A DNA stretch of 64,000 nt, from positions 4,236 through 68,235 of IMG/VR virus record IMGVR_UViG_3300021256_000099; one strand, 5' to 3'. The notes below the pieces were generated by a model. It saw only the letters and a program-made list of their open reading frames with translations, was not told the DNA's origin and did not search any database. Shown here piece after piece: positions 8,155 through 17,531 of this stretch. This DNA is from a virus (lineage: Duplodnaviria > Caudoviricetes). The position numbers and the translations under genes were made by a program. The first letter of the stretch is position 1. Every line of letters begins with the position of its first letter.

Positions 8155-10079
8155 AACTCACCGTAACAAAAGTCAGTGGCGAGAACTACTGCGGTAAACA
8201 GTCTGTCAGCCTCAATCTTTCTGACAGGACTGTCATTTGCGGAAAGAACAAGACCGGGAAGACCACGGTCGGTAACATGATTGCTGATCCGCTCACTGGC
8301 AAGACGATGACCGGGTCTGAGATTGATTCCAGACCCAAGGATGAGAACGGCTCTGCCATCGACCACATCGAGACCAAAGCTGAAGTTGATATCTTGGTTG
8401 ACGGCACACCTTATACCCTGACAAAAGTCACAAAACAAAAATGGGTTAAGAACCGGGGTGAGTCTGAGGCAAAGTTCACTGGATATTCCAACGAACTGTC
8501 TATCTCTGGCGTTCCGAAGAAACAGAAGGATTACGAGACCTTCCTGACAGACCTGATCGCTCCTGCTGATGTCAGAGTACGTTGCATGATTCCGCAAGCA
8601 ACTCTGTCGCTCGACACGAAGAAGCGCAGAGAACGCCTGATGGCAATGGCTGAAGATGTCACTGACGAGGTTGTCATCAAAAAGTATCCCGAATACAAAG
8701 AACTGGCTGATGACTTGAAGTTCGCTACTCCTGATGAACTGATGGCAAGGGGTAGGAAGGTTGTCAAAGCCAAGAATACAGAGCTGCTCCAGATCCCGGC
8801 AAGGGTTGACTCTCTGAACAGCATGAGAGTACAGGTTGATGAAGAGGCTGTCAAAAATGCAGAAGACACCATCGGCGAAGTCAACGAAAAGATGAGCCAG
8901 TACAAGGCAGAACTGGCAAAGCTGAGAACGGAAGAGGTTGTCATCAGCGGTTCTGTCACGGATGAATCCGCCAAACTTTCTTCAAGACGAAAAGAGGTCA
9001 TGAAAGAGGCAATGGACAAAACAGCGGAATACCGTGATGCCTTAGACGCAAAGGCGGCTACCCTTAACAAGGTCAATAACGAGATCACCAAGGCGGAAAT
9101 CGCCATCATCAACTGCAAATCCATCATGGCTGATGCCAAGGCTGATATTGATGCCCTTAAGGCGGAGCAGAAAGCTGCGAAGGCACAGAAGATGTCTGCA
9201 AAATCTCTCATCTGTCCCACATGTGGTCGTGAGTACGATAAAGCAGACCGGGATAAGATTAAAGCTAAGTTTGAAAAAGACAAGGCTGACAGGATCACCA
9301 GTATCAATGCCAAAGGCAACACCTATGTTGAGAGATTCAATTCCAACAAGAAGAAACTGGAAGAAGAAACAGCCAGACTCGAGGAGTTGAAGATTGCCAA
9401 AGCAAATCTTGAGGCAGAAGTGGATAAAGTCAAGAAGGCAATCCCTTCCTTATCAGACGCTGATTTCTCTAAGGATAAAGAGTGCGTCAGCATCGAGAAG
9501 AAGATCACAAAGCTGAAGGCAGAGTTCACGGTGAATCATAAGAAGCAGGATGACGTAGAGAATTGCATCACACTGCTCCGGGAAACGGAATCAGAGGCGA
9601 AGAAGTATCTGCTCACAATCGAGACCACCCGAGATGTCAACAAGAGTGTTGATGACAAGATTGAAGGTCTCAAGATGACTCAGCGGATGCTTGGACAGGA
9701 GATTGCCAACGAGGAGCGGATCATCGAACTGCTGAAGTCCTTCCAGATGACGAAGATTAACATGGTGACTGACAAGGTCAACCAGAACTTTGACATGGTC
9801 AAGTGGGTTATGTTCAAGGAGCAGGTCAATGGTGCGTATGCTCCGATATGTGAACCGACAGTCAATGGTGTTTCCTATTACTCCACACTGAACCACTCTG
9901 ACAAGATTCTGGCAGAGGTAGATATCTGCCTTGGATTCCAGAAGGCTGCAGGAATCAATCTTCCTATTATCATCGATGATTCTGAGTCTGTTGACGCAGA
10001 CAGAATCCCGGAGATCGACCGTCAGCTTATCATCCTGAGAAGAACTGATGATGATGCCCTGACTGTCAAGACGGCATGA
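8151..10079 (+). CDS. SMC/Rad50-like AAA ATPase with long coiled coil and Zn hook
   Basis: Walker A GKNKTGKT, CPTCG hook, coiled coil, C-terminal PIIIDDSES Walker B. Confidence 0.85.
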   Translation: MKLTVTKVSGENYCGKQSVSLNLSDRTVICGKNKTGKTTVGNMIADPLTGKTMTGSEIDSRPKDENGSAIDHIETKAEVDILVDGTPYTLTKVTKQKWVKNRGESEAKFTGYSNELSISGVPKKQKDYETFLTDLIAPADVRVRCMIPQATLSLDTKKRRERLMAMAEDVTDEVVIKKYPEYKELADDLKFATPDELMARGRKVVKAKNTELLQIPARVDSLNSMRVQVDEEAVKNAEDTIGEVNEKMSQYKAELAKLRTEEVVISGSVTDESAKLSSRRKEVMKEAMDKTAEYRDALDAKAATLNKVNNEITKAEIAIINCKSIMADAKADIDALKAEQKAAKAQKMSAKSLICPTCGREYDKADRDKIKAKFEKDKADRITSINAKGNTYVERFNSNKKKLEEETARLEELKIAKANLEAEVDKVKKAIPSLSDADFSKDKECVSIEKKITKLKAEFTVNHKKQDDVENCITLLRETESEAKKYLLTIETTRDVNKSVDDKIEGLKMTQRMLGQEIANEERIIELLKSFQMTKINMVTDKVNQNFDMVKWVMFKEQVNGAYAPICEPTVNGVSYYSTLNHSDKILAEVDICLGFQKAAGINLPIIIDDSESVDADRIPEIDRQLIILRRTDDDALTVKTA

Positions 10080-10184
10080 TTGCGGAACAAAAGACTTCGA
10101 GTCTTTTATAAGTGTCTTCCGAGGAAGAGACCGAATTTAGGGTTTACGGTAATCCCTTAAAACCGTTTTAAAGGTGACAAATTT

Positions 10185-10550
10185 ATGAGCAGAAATGGTG
10201 GAAAACATCTTGGTTCGAAAAGAAGAGCCGAGATTTACAAAAGAGAAGGTCGTTTAGCGATAAACAAAAAGGAGAAGCAGAGGAAGATTGCTGAGAGCAA
10301 GATGAAGAGGCTCAAGAGCAAGAAAACAAAGAAAACCCCTCAGATGATCTGGGATGACTACATCAGGAACACTCCCAAGGGATGCTCTGGCAATGAAGAA
10401 ATGGAGAAATTGATCCCGAAGAAATATCGCCCGGTCGTGCCAGAGAAGAAAAGGCCGATGAGGACTGAAGGCTATTCAAGTAGGAAGAAAGGATGGACAA
10501 GATATGGCGGAAACAACAGCGTTAACACTTTCAGAGTCTCTGGAAAGTAA
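10185..10550 (+). CDS. Basic hypothetical protein
   Basis: ORF track; Lys/Arg-rich; overlaps the recT start. Confidence 0.5.
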   Translation: MSRNGGKHLGSKRRAEIYKREGRLAINKKEKQRKIAESKMKRLKSKKTKKTPQMIWDDYIRNTPKGCSGNEEMEKLIPKKYRPVVPEKKRPMRTEGYSSRKKGWTRYGGNNSVNTFRVSGK

Positions 10551-11247
10551 GGTTGCATCTGTCGGGGTAGACAATCTCCCAAAAAATTTTAACGCCGTAA
10601 AGTGGCAGCTTAATTGTCTGGCGTTCATCAGGGAGAACAGGAACAATTTCAGCAACTTTTCCGTTCCGCAAATTGTGGAAGGCTTGATGAAGGGTGCTTA
10701 CCTTGGACTCGACTTCTGGAACAAAGAATGCTACCTCATCCCTTATGGCAATCAGCTTCAGTTCATGGCTGACTGGCGAGGCAGTATCAAACTGGCAAAG
10801 AGGTATTCCACAAGACCTATCAAGCAGATCAATGCAAAAGTTGTCAGGGAAGGTGATGACTTCCAGATGACATCTGAGTCTGGACAGGATTCCTTTACCT
10901 TCAAGCCTCTCCCGTTCAATAACGGCAAAATCGTGGGTGCGTTCGCCTACGTCCAGTATGAAGACGGCGGGGTAGAAGTCGAGACGCTTAATGTCGCTGA
11001 ACTTGATTCGGCGAGGAGCCAGTCTAAGGCTCAGAACTCCCCGGCGTGGAAGAAGTTCGGTTCGGAGATGTACAGGAAGGTCGCTATTCACAGACTCTGC
11101 AAGCACATCCCGATTGACTTTGAACTGCCTAATCAGCAGTCTCTGTTGATGGAAGGCATCGATACAGTAACAACAGCAAAGGAACAGGCACTTGCCGATG
11201 CAGAGTATCAGGCAAATGCAATTGATGTTGAGGTAGAAGACTTCTAA
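10504..11247 (+). CDS. recT: RecT-family single-strand annealing protein
   Basis: GLDFWNKECYLIPYGNQLQFMADWRG, VVREGDDF, IVGAFAY, SPAWKKFGSEMYRKVAI. Confidence 0.9.
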   Translation: MAETTALTLSESLESKVASVGVDNLPKNFNAVKWQLNCLAFIRENRNNFSNFSVPQIVEGLMKGAYLGLDFWNKECYLIPYGNQLQFMADWRGSIKLAKRYSTRPIKQINAKVVREGDDFQMTSESGQDSFTFKPLPFNNGKIVGAFAYVQYEDGGVEVETLNVAELDSARSQSKAQNSPAWKKFGSEMYRKVAIHRLCKHIPIDFELPNQQSLLMEGIDTVTTAKEQALADAEYQANAIDVEVEDF

Positions 11248-11249
11248 GC

Positions 11250-11921
11250 ATGTTGGAAGTTATTGGAACAGGGTCAAGTGGTAACTGCTACATATTAACG
11301 TCAAAGAGCGGACAGCAGTTACTGCTCGACTGTGGAATTAGACTTTCCGGGATCATGAAAGGTCTAAGATATGACATCATGAAGTCCCAAGGCTGTCTGG
11401 TGACGCACTCGCATAAAGACCATGTCTTATCAGCAGATAAACTCGAACTATACGGTATCGATGTCTGGAAACCTTACGAGGACATTGAGAAGAACAACAT
11501 GACTGTCCGGGAGTTCGGAGACTTCAAAGTAATGTGCTTCGAGGTTCAGCACGATGTCCCTTGCGTAGGATACCTTATTAAGTATGATGGCAGAAAGCTG
11601 CTATACGTAACTGATGCAGAGTATTGCAAGTACTCGTTCAAAAGGCAGAAAGTCAATGATTTTTTGATTGAATGTAACTATCAGTCGGATTTGGCAGAAC
11701 AAAGCCACAGTGACATGGTAAGGGACAGGGTTTATCTGACACACATGTCTGAGGACGCTTGCGTAGCTTTTCTCAAAGCCAATCAGACCGAAAGCATGGA
11801 AAATATACTGATTTGTCACATGTCTTTTAGTGGGTGCGTCCCTGAGATGGCCGTTAAGAGAATAGAGGAAGAAATCGGGATAAAGGCAGATTATGCCGTC
11901 CCCGGTAAATCATATTTTTAA
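11250..11921 (+). CDS. Metallo-beta-lactamase-fold nuclease (YycJ-like), RecT partner
   Basis: GTGSSGNCY, LLDCG, THSHKDH, HDVPC, TDAEY, IECNY, HMS. Confidence 0.85.
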   Translation: MLEVIGTGSSGNCYILTSKSGQQLLLDCGIRLSGIMKGLRYDIMKSQGCLVTHSHKDHVLSADKLELYGIDVWKPYEDIEKNNMTVREFGDFKVMCFEVQHDVPCVGYLIKYDGRKLLYVTDAEYCKYSFKRQKVNDFLIECNYQSDLAEQSHSDMVRDRVYLTHMSEDACVAFLKANQTESMENILICHMSFSGCVPEMAVKRIEEEIGIKADYAVPGKSYF

Positions 11922-11935
11922 AGAGAGGTAACTTA

Positions 11936-12316
11936 ATGTTTAGAACACATGGAATTGGTAGATTTGTAAGAGATCCAGAACTCCGCACTGCGGGTCAGAC
12001 CGATATAGTGCGGTTCACACTTGCAACAAACCGCAAATTTAAAAAGGAAGGACAGCCTGACGCTGACTTCATCAGTTGCGTAGCATTCGGCAAGATGGGC
12101 AATAACATCTGCAAGTACTTCCACAAGGGTGATCTCATCTATGTCAACGGTCACATTCAGACCGGGAGTTACACAAATAAGGATGGCAACAAGGTTTACA
12201 CCACAGACGTTGTCATTGATGACTGGGAGTTCTGCGGGAACAAGAGCAGTTCCGGGAACAACGGACAGAGTGCCATCGATGATTATGTCAACGCAGGACT
12301 TGACGAATTCAGCTGA
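11936..12316 (+). CDS. ssb: Single-stranded DNA-binding protein
   Basis: GRFVRDPELR, FTLATNR, DADFISCVAFG, GHIQTGSY, acidic tail. Confidence 0.92.
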   Translation: MFRTHGIGRFVRDPELRTAGQTDIVRFTLATNRKFKKEGQPDADFISCVAFGKMGNNICKYFHKGDLIYVNGHIQTGSYTNKDGNKVYTTDVVIDDWEFCGNKSSSGNNGQSAIDDYVNAGLDEFS

Positions 12317-12585
12317 TGGCATATAGCTGTTCGAGATACTTCTACGATATTTCGGGGAATCCAGTAAAAGCGGACAATGTTTGCGGGTACTGTAGGCGGT
12401 ATAAAGGTGTGATGACGAAGGCAAGCTGTCATACGCATGGATGTTTAACAAGGTTGGACGGTAAAAAGTGTGACAAATACATCCACATTGATTATGAGGA
12501 TGAACGTCCGTCCTACACACCTGTTGCCCCTACGGGAGCAGAATATCGCAAGAGGTTCGGAATACATGAGGACACTACTGATTGA
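12316..12585 (+). CDS. Cys-rich hypothetical protein
   Basis: Coupled ORF; CGYC and CHTHGC. Confidence 0.55.
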   Translation: MAYSCSRYFYDISGNPVKADNVCGYCRRYKGVMTKASCHTHGCLTRLDGKKCDKYIHIDYEDERPSYTPVAPTGAEYRKRFGIHEDTTD

Positions 12586-13096
12586 TACACGACAACAGTC
12601 TGGAAAGCATGTTCTGAAGGATAGATATTTCCGGGAACATGGAATCAAGACATTTCGCAGCAAGCTACCTGTCGGTGACTACACAACGATGCAAAACATG
12701 TCGATTGTCATTGACACCAAGAGGAGTATGGATGAGATATGCCAGAATTTGTGTCAAACAAAGGAACATGAAAGGTTTCGCCGAGAGGCAGACAATGCTC
12801 ATGAGAATGGGATCAGACTGATTGTCCTGATAGAAAACGATGATGGGATAAAGACACTGGACGATGTCAAAACCAAGTGGTCAAATCCCAGAATGCACAG
12901 GTATAACACGATAGCAAAAGCACATCGGGAAGGCAGATGGAAGACAGTCAAACTTCCGCCTAAACCTGTCGGCAACGTGACGATGTTTAAAATCATGTAT
13001 AGCTTTGGCAAAAAGCATCATGTGGAGTGGCGGTTCTGCACTCCAGAAAAAGCAGGACAAATCATATCGGAAATCCTCAAATTAGAGGAAGAGTGA
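12566..13096 (+). CDS. ERCC4-domain nuclease
   Basis: IDTRQQ, KLPVGDY, IDTK, FRREAD, LIVLIE; probable start is ATG 12566. Confidence 0.8.
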   Translation: MRTLLIDTRQQSGKHVLKDRYFREHGIKTFRSKLPVGDYTTMQNMSIVIDTKRSMDEICQNLCQTKEHERFRREADNAHENGIRLIVLIENDDGIKTLDDVKTKWSNPRMHRYNTIAKAHREGRWKTVKLPPKPVGNVTMFKIMYSFGKKHHVEWRFCTPEKAGQIISEILKLEEE

Positions 13097-13132
13097 CCGG
13101 GAAGGCTTGGACAGCTTAAACCCGGTTTTTTA

Positions 13133-13639
13133 GTGGAGAAAACTATGCGTTTTGAAAAGGTAAGCTACAAAAAGTTTTACGAAAACAAAAAAAGCCTGAT
13201 TCCAGACAAGAATGTGATCTGTGACTACAATGCAGTGCAACTTCCCAAAAGAGCGACCAAGTCGGCTGCAGGATACGATTTTGTTTGCCCCTATGACCTG
13301 ACTTTTCGTCCGGGTGAACTTATTAAAGTAAACACTGGAATCAAGTGCAACTTCGAGGGGAATGATTCCTTCCATCTGGAAATCCATCTCAGGTCATCAA
13401 TGGGAATCAAGAGAGGATTTGCACTGGCAAATGGAACTGGCATCATCGATGCTGACTACTACGGCAACGAGGACAATGAGGGCGACATCATCATTGCTCT
13501 CAGGAACATGACATCTACCAACCAGACTATCAGGTTCGGCGAGAGAATTGCACAGGGCATTTTTGTGATTCACGGTCTTGTCGTGGGAGATGATGCGGAT
13601 GGCAAGAGAAAAGGTGGGGTCGGCTCAACCGGGATCTGA
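13133..13639 (+). CDS. dut: dUTPase (trimeric type)
   Basis: RATKSAAGYDF, RSSMG, GIIDADYYG, RIAQGIF, RKGGVGSTG. Confidence 0.95.
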   Translation: MEKTMRFEKVSYKKFYENKKSLIPDKNVICDYNAVQLPKRATKSAAGYDFVCPYDLTFRPGELIKVNTGIKCNFEGNDSFHLEIHLRSSMGIKRGFALANGTGIIDADYYGNEDNEGDIIIALRNMTSTNQTIRFGERIAQGIFVIHGLVVGDDADGKRKGGVGSTGI

Positions 13640-13713
13640 AGCTGCAAGAGTTTTTAGAAACTACGAATGCGAGGGACAACTTAGCCTATTTGACTTTTTA
13701 GAGGAGAAAGCAA

Positions 13714-14049
13714 ATGAAGAGAATACTGATGATTTTCCTGACATGCCTGATGATGGTGATTCCTGCATGGGCGGGTGAAGACTATGCGGATGGTGATATA
13801 GAACAGGTCTTTGTCTGGGTACAGGAAGGTGATGCCCGTTTCTGCTACATCAATAATGGCAGTTGGAGTGAGGCTGATATGTTAGTGGGTTGGCACACCA
13901 TTGATGACGAGACCTACTACTTCTACCCACAGGAGATGGTCGATGCCCAGTATGGACAAATGGCAACGGGTGAGGTGTGGATCGGTGCTTGGGTCTGCTA
14001 TTTCGATTCAGAAGGTCATCTTACCGACTGTCAGCGAGGTGTGTGGTGA
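13714..14049 (+). CDS. Secreted protein with cell-wall/choline-binding-like (YG) repeats
   Basis: Signal peptide MKRILMIFL...PAWA; MLVGWHTIDDETYYF and GQMATGEVWIG..CYFDSEG repeats. Confidence 0.7.
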   Translation: MKRILMIFLTCLMMVIPAWAGEDYADGDIEQVFVWVQEGDARFCYINNGSWSEADMLVGWHTIDDETYYFYPQEMVDAQYGQMATGEVWIGAWVCYFDSEGHLTDCQRGVW

Positions 14050-14732
14050 AGCGGTTTGTAAGGCTTCTTTCGATATTGCTTGCTTGTTTGATGTTCCTGA
14101 CTCCTGCTTACGCAGATAACGCAAAGCGTGGAAAGAAACAGAAAACAAAAGAGCAGATTGCCATCGAGAAAGCTGAGAACGAAAAGAAGTACAGGGTCTA
14201 CGATGACCACGGTGTAGAACTGAACCTTATCTTTAAACATGGCAAATATAGCAAAACACCAACGTCTGATGTTAAAGCCAAAGGCCGAGATGTTAAGAGC
14301 GATACAGAGTATGCGATTATAGCGGATCTCCGCTACGGCAAAATGTGTCTCTTCCTATATAAAGGCAAACGTGGCAAGAGAAAACTAATAAAGTGCGCTC
14401 CTTGCTCCAGTGCTGCAAATATCCCCGGAACCAGAACGACTAAGACCCCGGCAGGATCACATAAAATCGGGTGGAAGTCAGACAGATTGGTTTACACCAA
14501 TAAGGAAGGTAAAAAATGGCAATACTGGAGTTGTTCCATGACATGGCAAGGTTGGGGGATCCATAGCTTAACCTATCACATGTATGCCAGATGGAGATAT
14601 GACAGAGCCTACCTTCTTGGTGGAAAACTGGGAGCGCACAACTCTCCTGCCTGTATTCGCACCGAAAACAAGATGGCGGACTACATCTATAAGCACTGTG
14701 GCAGAGGCACAACAATCTACGTTATTAGATAG
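14046..14732 (+). CDS. Secreted L,D-transpeptidase (YkuD-like)
   Basis: GTG start with signal peptide; TKTPAG, WGIHS and NSPACIR catalytic-type motifs; GTTIYVI end. Confidence 0.75.
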   Translation: MKRFVRLLSILLACLMFLTPAYADNAKRGKKQKTKEQIAIEKAENEKKYRVYDDHGVELNLIFKHGKYSKTPTSDVKAKGRDVKSDTEYAIIADLRYGKMCLFLYKGKRGKRKLIKCAPCSSAANIPGTRTTKTPAGSHKIGWKSDRLVYTNKEGKKWQYWSCSMTWQGWGIHSLTYHMYARWRYDRAYLLGGKLGAHNSPACIRTENKMADYIYKHCGRGTTIYVIR

Positions 14733-14740
14733 AGGTAAAG

Positions 14741-15067
14741 ATGGATAGAAAAATTACAAAAGAAGAGGCAATCGCTCTGCACAGGCAAATGTGGAGTGAT
14801 ATGAAGGATGCCCTTGGCAATAGACCGGGCAGTTACGCACGAATGGAATTCAAGAGAAGGTGGTGCGAGATTAATGGATATGAGGATGTGTGTGCGGACT
14901 GTTTTCTCTGCGAATACGTAGAGCAGAACGAAGACCTGAGTCGTGCCAAAGGTGGTTGTACTTCAGTATGCCCGATTGACTGGGGCAAAGGATGTATGAG
15001 AGGAGATGTCAAATATAGCAGTTCCCCTATCAGCGAGATCCTTGCTCTGCCAGAAAGGGGGACGTAA
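14741..15067 (+). CDS. Cys-rich family paralogue 1 (LHRQMWSDM...CFLCEY...PISEIL)
   Basis: Shared motifs with 15067, 15403, 29367 and 30986. Confidence 0.8.
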   Translation: MDRKITKEEAIALHRQMWSDMKDALGNRPGSYARMEFKRRWCEINGYEDVCADCFLCEYVEQNEDLSRAKGGCTSVCPIDWGKGCMRGDVKYSSSPISEILALPERGT

Positions 15068-15399
15068 TGGACTTAACCAGAGAACGAGCGTTGGAGCTGC
15101 ATCGGCAGATGTGGTCTGATATGCAAAAGGAACTTGGCGATTGCCCTGCACAATATGAGCGACATCGTTTCAAAATGAAGTGGGTGCATAAAAAATTCCC
15201 GAAAGAGGCGGTTTGCTCAAACTGTTTTTTGTGCGAATACGTTGATTCTGTACAGGACTTTCGATGCTCTTGTTGCCCTATCAATTGGGGGAGAGACGGA
15301 GAATCCACAAACTCTTGCGAGAAAACCATAAGTGGTATAGGGGTTGACTGGAGAAGAAGCCCTATCAGCGAGATTCTCGCCTTGCCTGAGAGGTGTTAA
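15067..15399 (+). CDS. Cys-rich family paralogue 2
   Basis: LHRQMWSDM, CFLCEY, CSCCPINW, PISEILALPE. Confidence 0.8.
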   Translation: MDLTRERALELHRQMWSDMQKELGDCPAQYERHRFKMKWVHKKFPKEAVCSNCFLCEYVDSVQDFRCSCCPINWGRDGESTNSCEKTISGIGVDWRRSPISEILALPERC

Positions 15400-15402
15400 A
15401 AG

Positions 15403-15741
15403 ATGGATTTAACAAGAGAGGAAGCATTAAAGCTGCATCGGCAGATGTGGTCGGATATGCAGAATGATTTGGGAGACTGCCCTGACGTTGAAGCGAGGGA
15501 AACGTATAAGGATGACTGGTGTGATAAACACGGATTTGAAGACGTAGATAACTCTTGCTTCCTGTGCGAATACTCACACGGCAAAAGACCGGCGTCTTGT
15601 TATTACTGTCCTGTCAAATGGCCCACATGGAGCGGAATCTGCTTTTCGGCCTTCTTGGAAGATGGCACTAAATTAAAGGGCGACTATTATCAGGTTGCTC
15701 CTATCAGTGAAATCTTGGAACTCCCAGAGAATGAGGTGTGA
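15403..15741 (+). CDS. Cys-rich family paralogue 3
   Basis: LHRQMWSDM, CFLCEY, CYYCPVKW, PISEILELPE. Confidence 0.8.
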   Translation: MDLTREEALKLHRQMWSDMQNDLGDCPDVEARETYKDDWCDKHGFEDVDNSCFLCEYSHGKRPASCYYCPVKWPTWSGICFSAFLEDGTKLKGDYYQVAPISEILELPENEV

Positions 15742-15744
15742 TAC

Positions 15745-15906
15745 ATGAGGAACGCAGTAGACATCTTAGGAATGTTAGAGATTGCCCTGTTTATAGCTGC
15801 TTTGTTCATCACCGTGGTCGTGTTCCAGAGGATTGCAAGTTCCGCCAAAAAGCGAGACGAGAATATCAGGTATCCAGATGGCGAAGAAGACGATAAACAA
15901 GGGTGA
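15745..15906 (+). CDS. Small membrane protein (53 aa)
   Basis: GAGGTG RBS, ATG 15745, one hydrophobic helix. Confidence 0.5.
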   Translation: MRNAVDILGMLEIALFIAALFITVVVFQRIASSAKKRDENIRYPDGEEDDKQG

Positions 15907-16087
15907 CAGGGTAAAAATAAAGATTGGCGGTTCTGCATCTGGTGGTGGTCTCCAAGGAAGGAAAGGCACGGTCTTATCAATAGTTGACGGCTTTTTGTTC
16001 CGGGCAAAAACAGATGACGGACTACTGGATGTAGACGGCTACTTCACGATAAAAGACATAGAGAGGATAGACAGAGATGACAAGTAA
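15878..16087 (+). CDS. Small SH3/KOW-like hypothetical protein
   Basis: KGDRVKIKIGG...GRKGTVLSI. Confidence 0.5.
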   Translation: MAKKTINKGDRVKIKIGGSASGGGLQGRKGTVLSIVDGFLFRAKTDDGLLDVDGYFTIKDIERIDRDDK

Positions 16088-16298
16088 ACAGCAGGAAGAC
16101 CTCTGGATTCCAGTTGATAAGAAAAGCCCAGAGGTTGAAAGGTGGTATGCGGTAACCACGGAAGGTTATTACAGACCTAAAATCAGGGCTGCCTTCTGGA
16201 ATGGAGAACATTGGTATGGCCAGTTTGCCGACAGAATCGTGGCTTGGTCTCCGCTCGAACCGTACAAGGAAGAGGTAAAAGATGATCCGGGTAAATGA
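16077..16298 (+). CDS. DUF551-like small protein
   Basis: WIPVDKKSPE...IVAWSPLEPY. Confidence 0.6.
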   Translation: MTSKQQEDLWIPVDKKSPEVERWYAVTTEGYYRPKIRAAFWNGEHWYGQFADRIVAWSPLEPYKEEVKDDPGK

Positions 16299-16572
16299 CG
16301 ATTACGTCATCCTTATTGATGAAATGAATTATGCCCCGGCAAGAGACAGGCATCGGACGGTAGTGTCTAAAGGGAAAGAAAGAGCGGTGTACGACATCAT
16401 CGGGTACACTTCAATGCTTGAAAGAGCGGTAAAGATGATCCTTGACAGGACTACCGCAGAGACTCTTGCTGATGGAGAAATAAGTCTTGCTGATGCCATC
16501 AAGGAGATAAGAAACATAAACAGTCATTTTGAGGAAATGCTTGGGGTGGCAGTGAGAGGTGATACACGTTGA
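16282..16572 (+). CDS. Hypothetical protein
   Basis: Coupled ORF with GAGG RBS. Confidence 0.6.
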   Translation: MIRVNDDYVILIDEMNYAPARDRHRTVVSKGKERAVYDIIGYTSMLERAVKMILDRTTAETLADGEISLADAIKEIRNINSHFEEMLGVAVRGDTR

Positions 16573-16780
16573 TATGAGGTTGACAGGCAGAAACATAGAG
16601 GACTTGATGGATCGCAGACACCTTTCTGTGAAGGATGTTGCCGAAGAGATGATGGTAAGTACCAGAGCGGTCAGGATGTGGTTATCAGGGGACAGACTTC
16701 CAAACTACGACAATCTGGCGAGGATGTCGATTTCGTGGAAAGTTCCGATAAACAAGATTTTGGAGATAGTGGAGACCTAA
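16559..16780 (+). CDS. XRE HTH protein
   Basis: LSVKDVAEEMMVSTRAVRMWLSGDRLPNYDNL. Confidence 0.75.
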   Translation: MIHVDMRLTGRNIEDLMDRRHLSVKDVAEEMMVSTRAVRMWLSGDRLPNYDNLARMSISWKVPINKILEIVET

Positions 16781-16784
16781 AAGC

Positions 16785-17531
16785 ATGAGCGGGGTTAAGT
16801 GGATAAAGATTGTTGTGGATATCTTCGATGACGAAAAAGTGAAACTCATCGAGGAACTGCCAAACGGGGATGCTGTGATTGTTATATGGTTCAAGCTGCT
16901 TTGTCTCGCCGGGAGATGCAACCGTGGTGGGATGCTGATGCTAACCGACATCATACCTTATACGGATGAGATGTTGGCTGTGATCTTTCGCAAAAAGGCA
17001 AGCGAAGTCAGGCAGGCATTAAAGGTGTTTGAAGATTTCGGCATGATTGAGATTGTCAACGATGCCATTACGATTCCTAAGTGGGGAGAGTATCAGTCAG
17101 AAGACAAACTTGCTGAGAAACGAGCGCAGAATGCTGAACGTCAGCGCAGATACCGGGAGAAAATGCTCGAACAGCACGATGCTCCAGAAGGGAAGGCTGA
17201 ACGTCAGAACAAATATCAGTGGCTGATTGATGCGTGGAACAACACCATGCCATCCAACATTCCGAGACTGAGAAGTATCGACAGCAACCGAAAGAAGAAG
17301 GTGGATTCCCGAATCGAGGCTTATGGACAGGACACAATCCTTGAAGCCATTTCCGTAGCAGAGAAGAGTGACTTCCTGATGGGACGAAAAGAAAAGTCTA
17401 TGCGCTCATTCAGTTTTGATTGGTTCATTGGCCCGGAAAACTTCAAGAAGGTATTGGAAGGCAACTACAACAATCGAGACTACAGACCCGCCATAGGGAC
17501 TCAGAGCCAAGGTACATCGATATGGCAATGA
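16785..17531 (+). CDS. Phage replisome organizer (Rep_org N-terminal domain) with DnaD-like C-terminus
   Basis: VKWIKIVVDIFDDEKVKLIE...IVIWFKLLCLAG...IPYTDEMLA; C-terminal SFDWFIGPENFKKVLEGNY. Confidence 0.88.
   Translation: MSGVKWIKIVVDIFDDEKVKLIEELPNGDAVIVIWFKLLCLAGRCNRGGMLMLTDIIPYTDEMLAVIFRKKASEVRQALKVFEDFGMIEIVNDAITIPKWGEYQSEDKLAEKRAQNAERQRRYREKMLEQHDAPEGKAERQNKYQWLIDAWNNTMPSNIPRLRSIDSNRKKKVDSRIEAYGQDTILEAISVAEKSDFLMGRKEKSMRSFSFDWFIGPENFKKVLEGNYNNRDYRPAIGTQSQGTSIWQ

Noticed and set aside
7587-9322. Long minus-strand ORFs (7587-8597, 8531-9322)
   Set aside because: They are antisense shadows of well-supported plus-strand genes, with no motifs or RBS. The same applies to most minus-strand ORFs over nrdD, terL, portal and the tape measure gene.
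14741-15741. Diversity-generating retroelement (TR/VR) explanation for the paralogues
   Set aside because: No reverse transcriptase is present, and differences are not adenine-specific and include indels.
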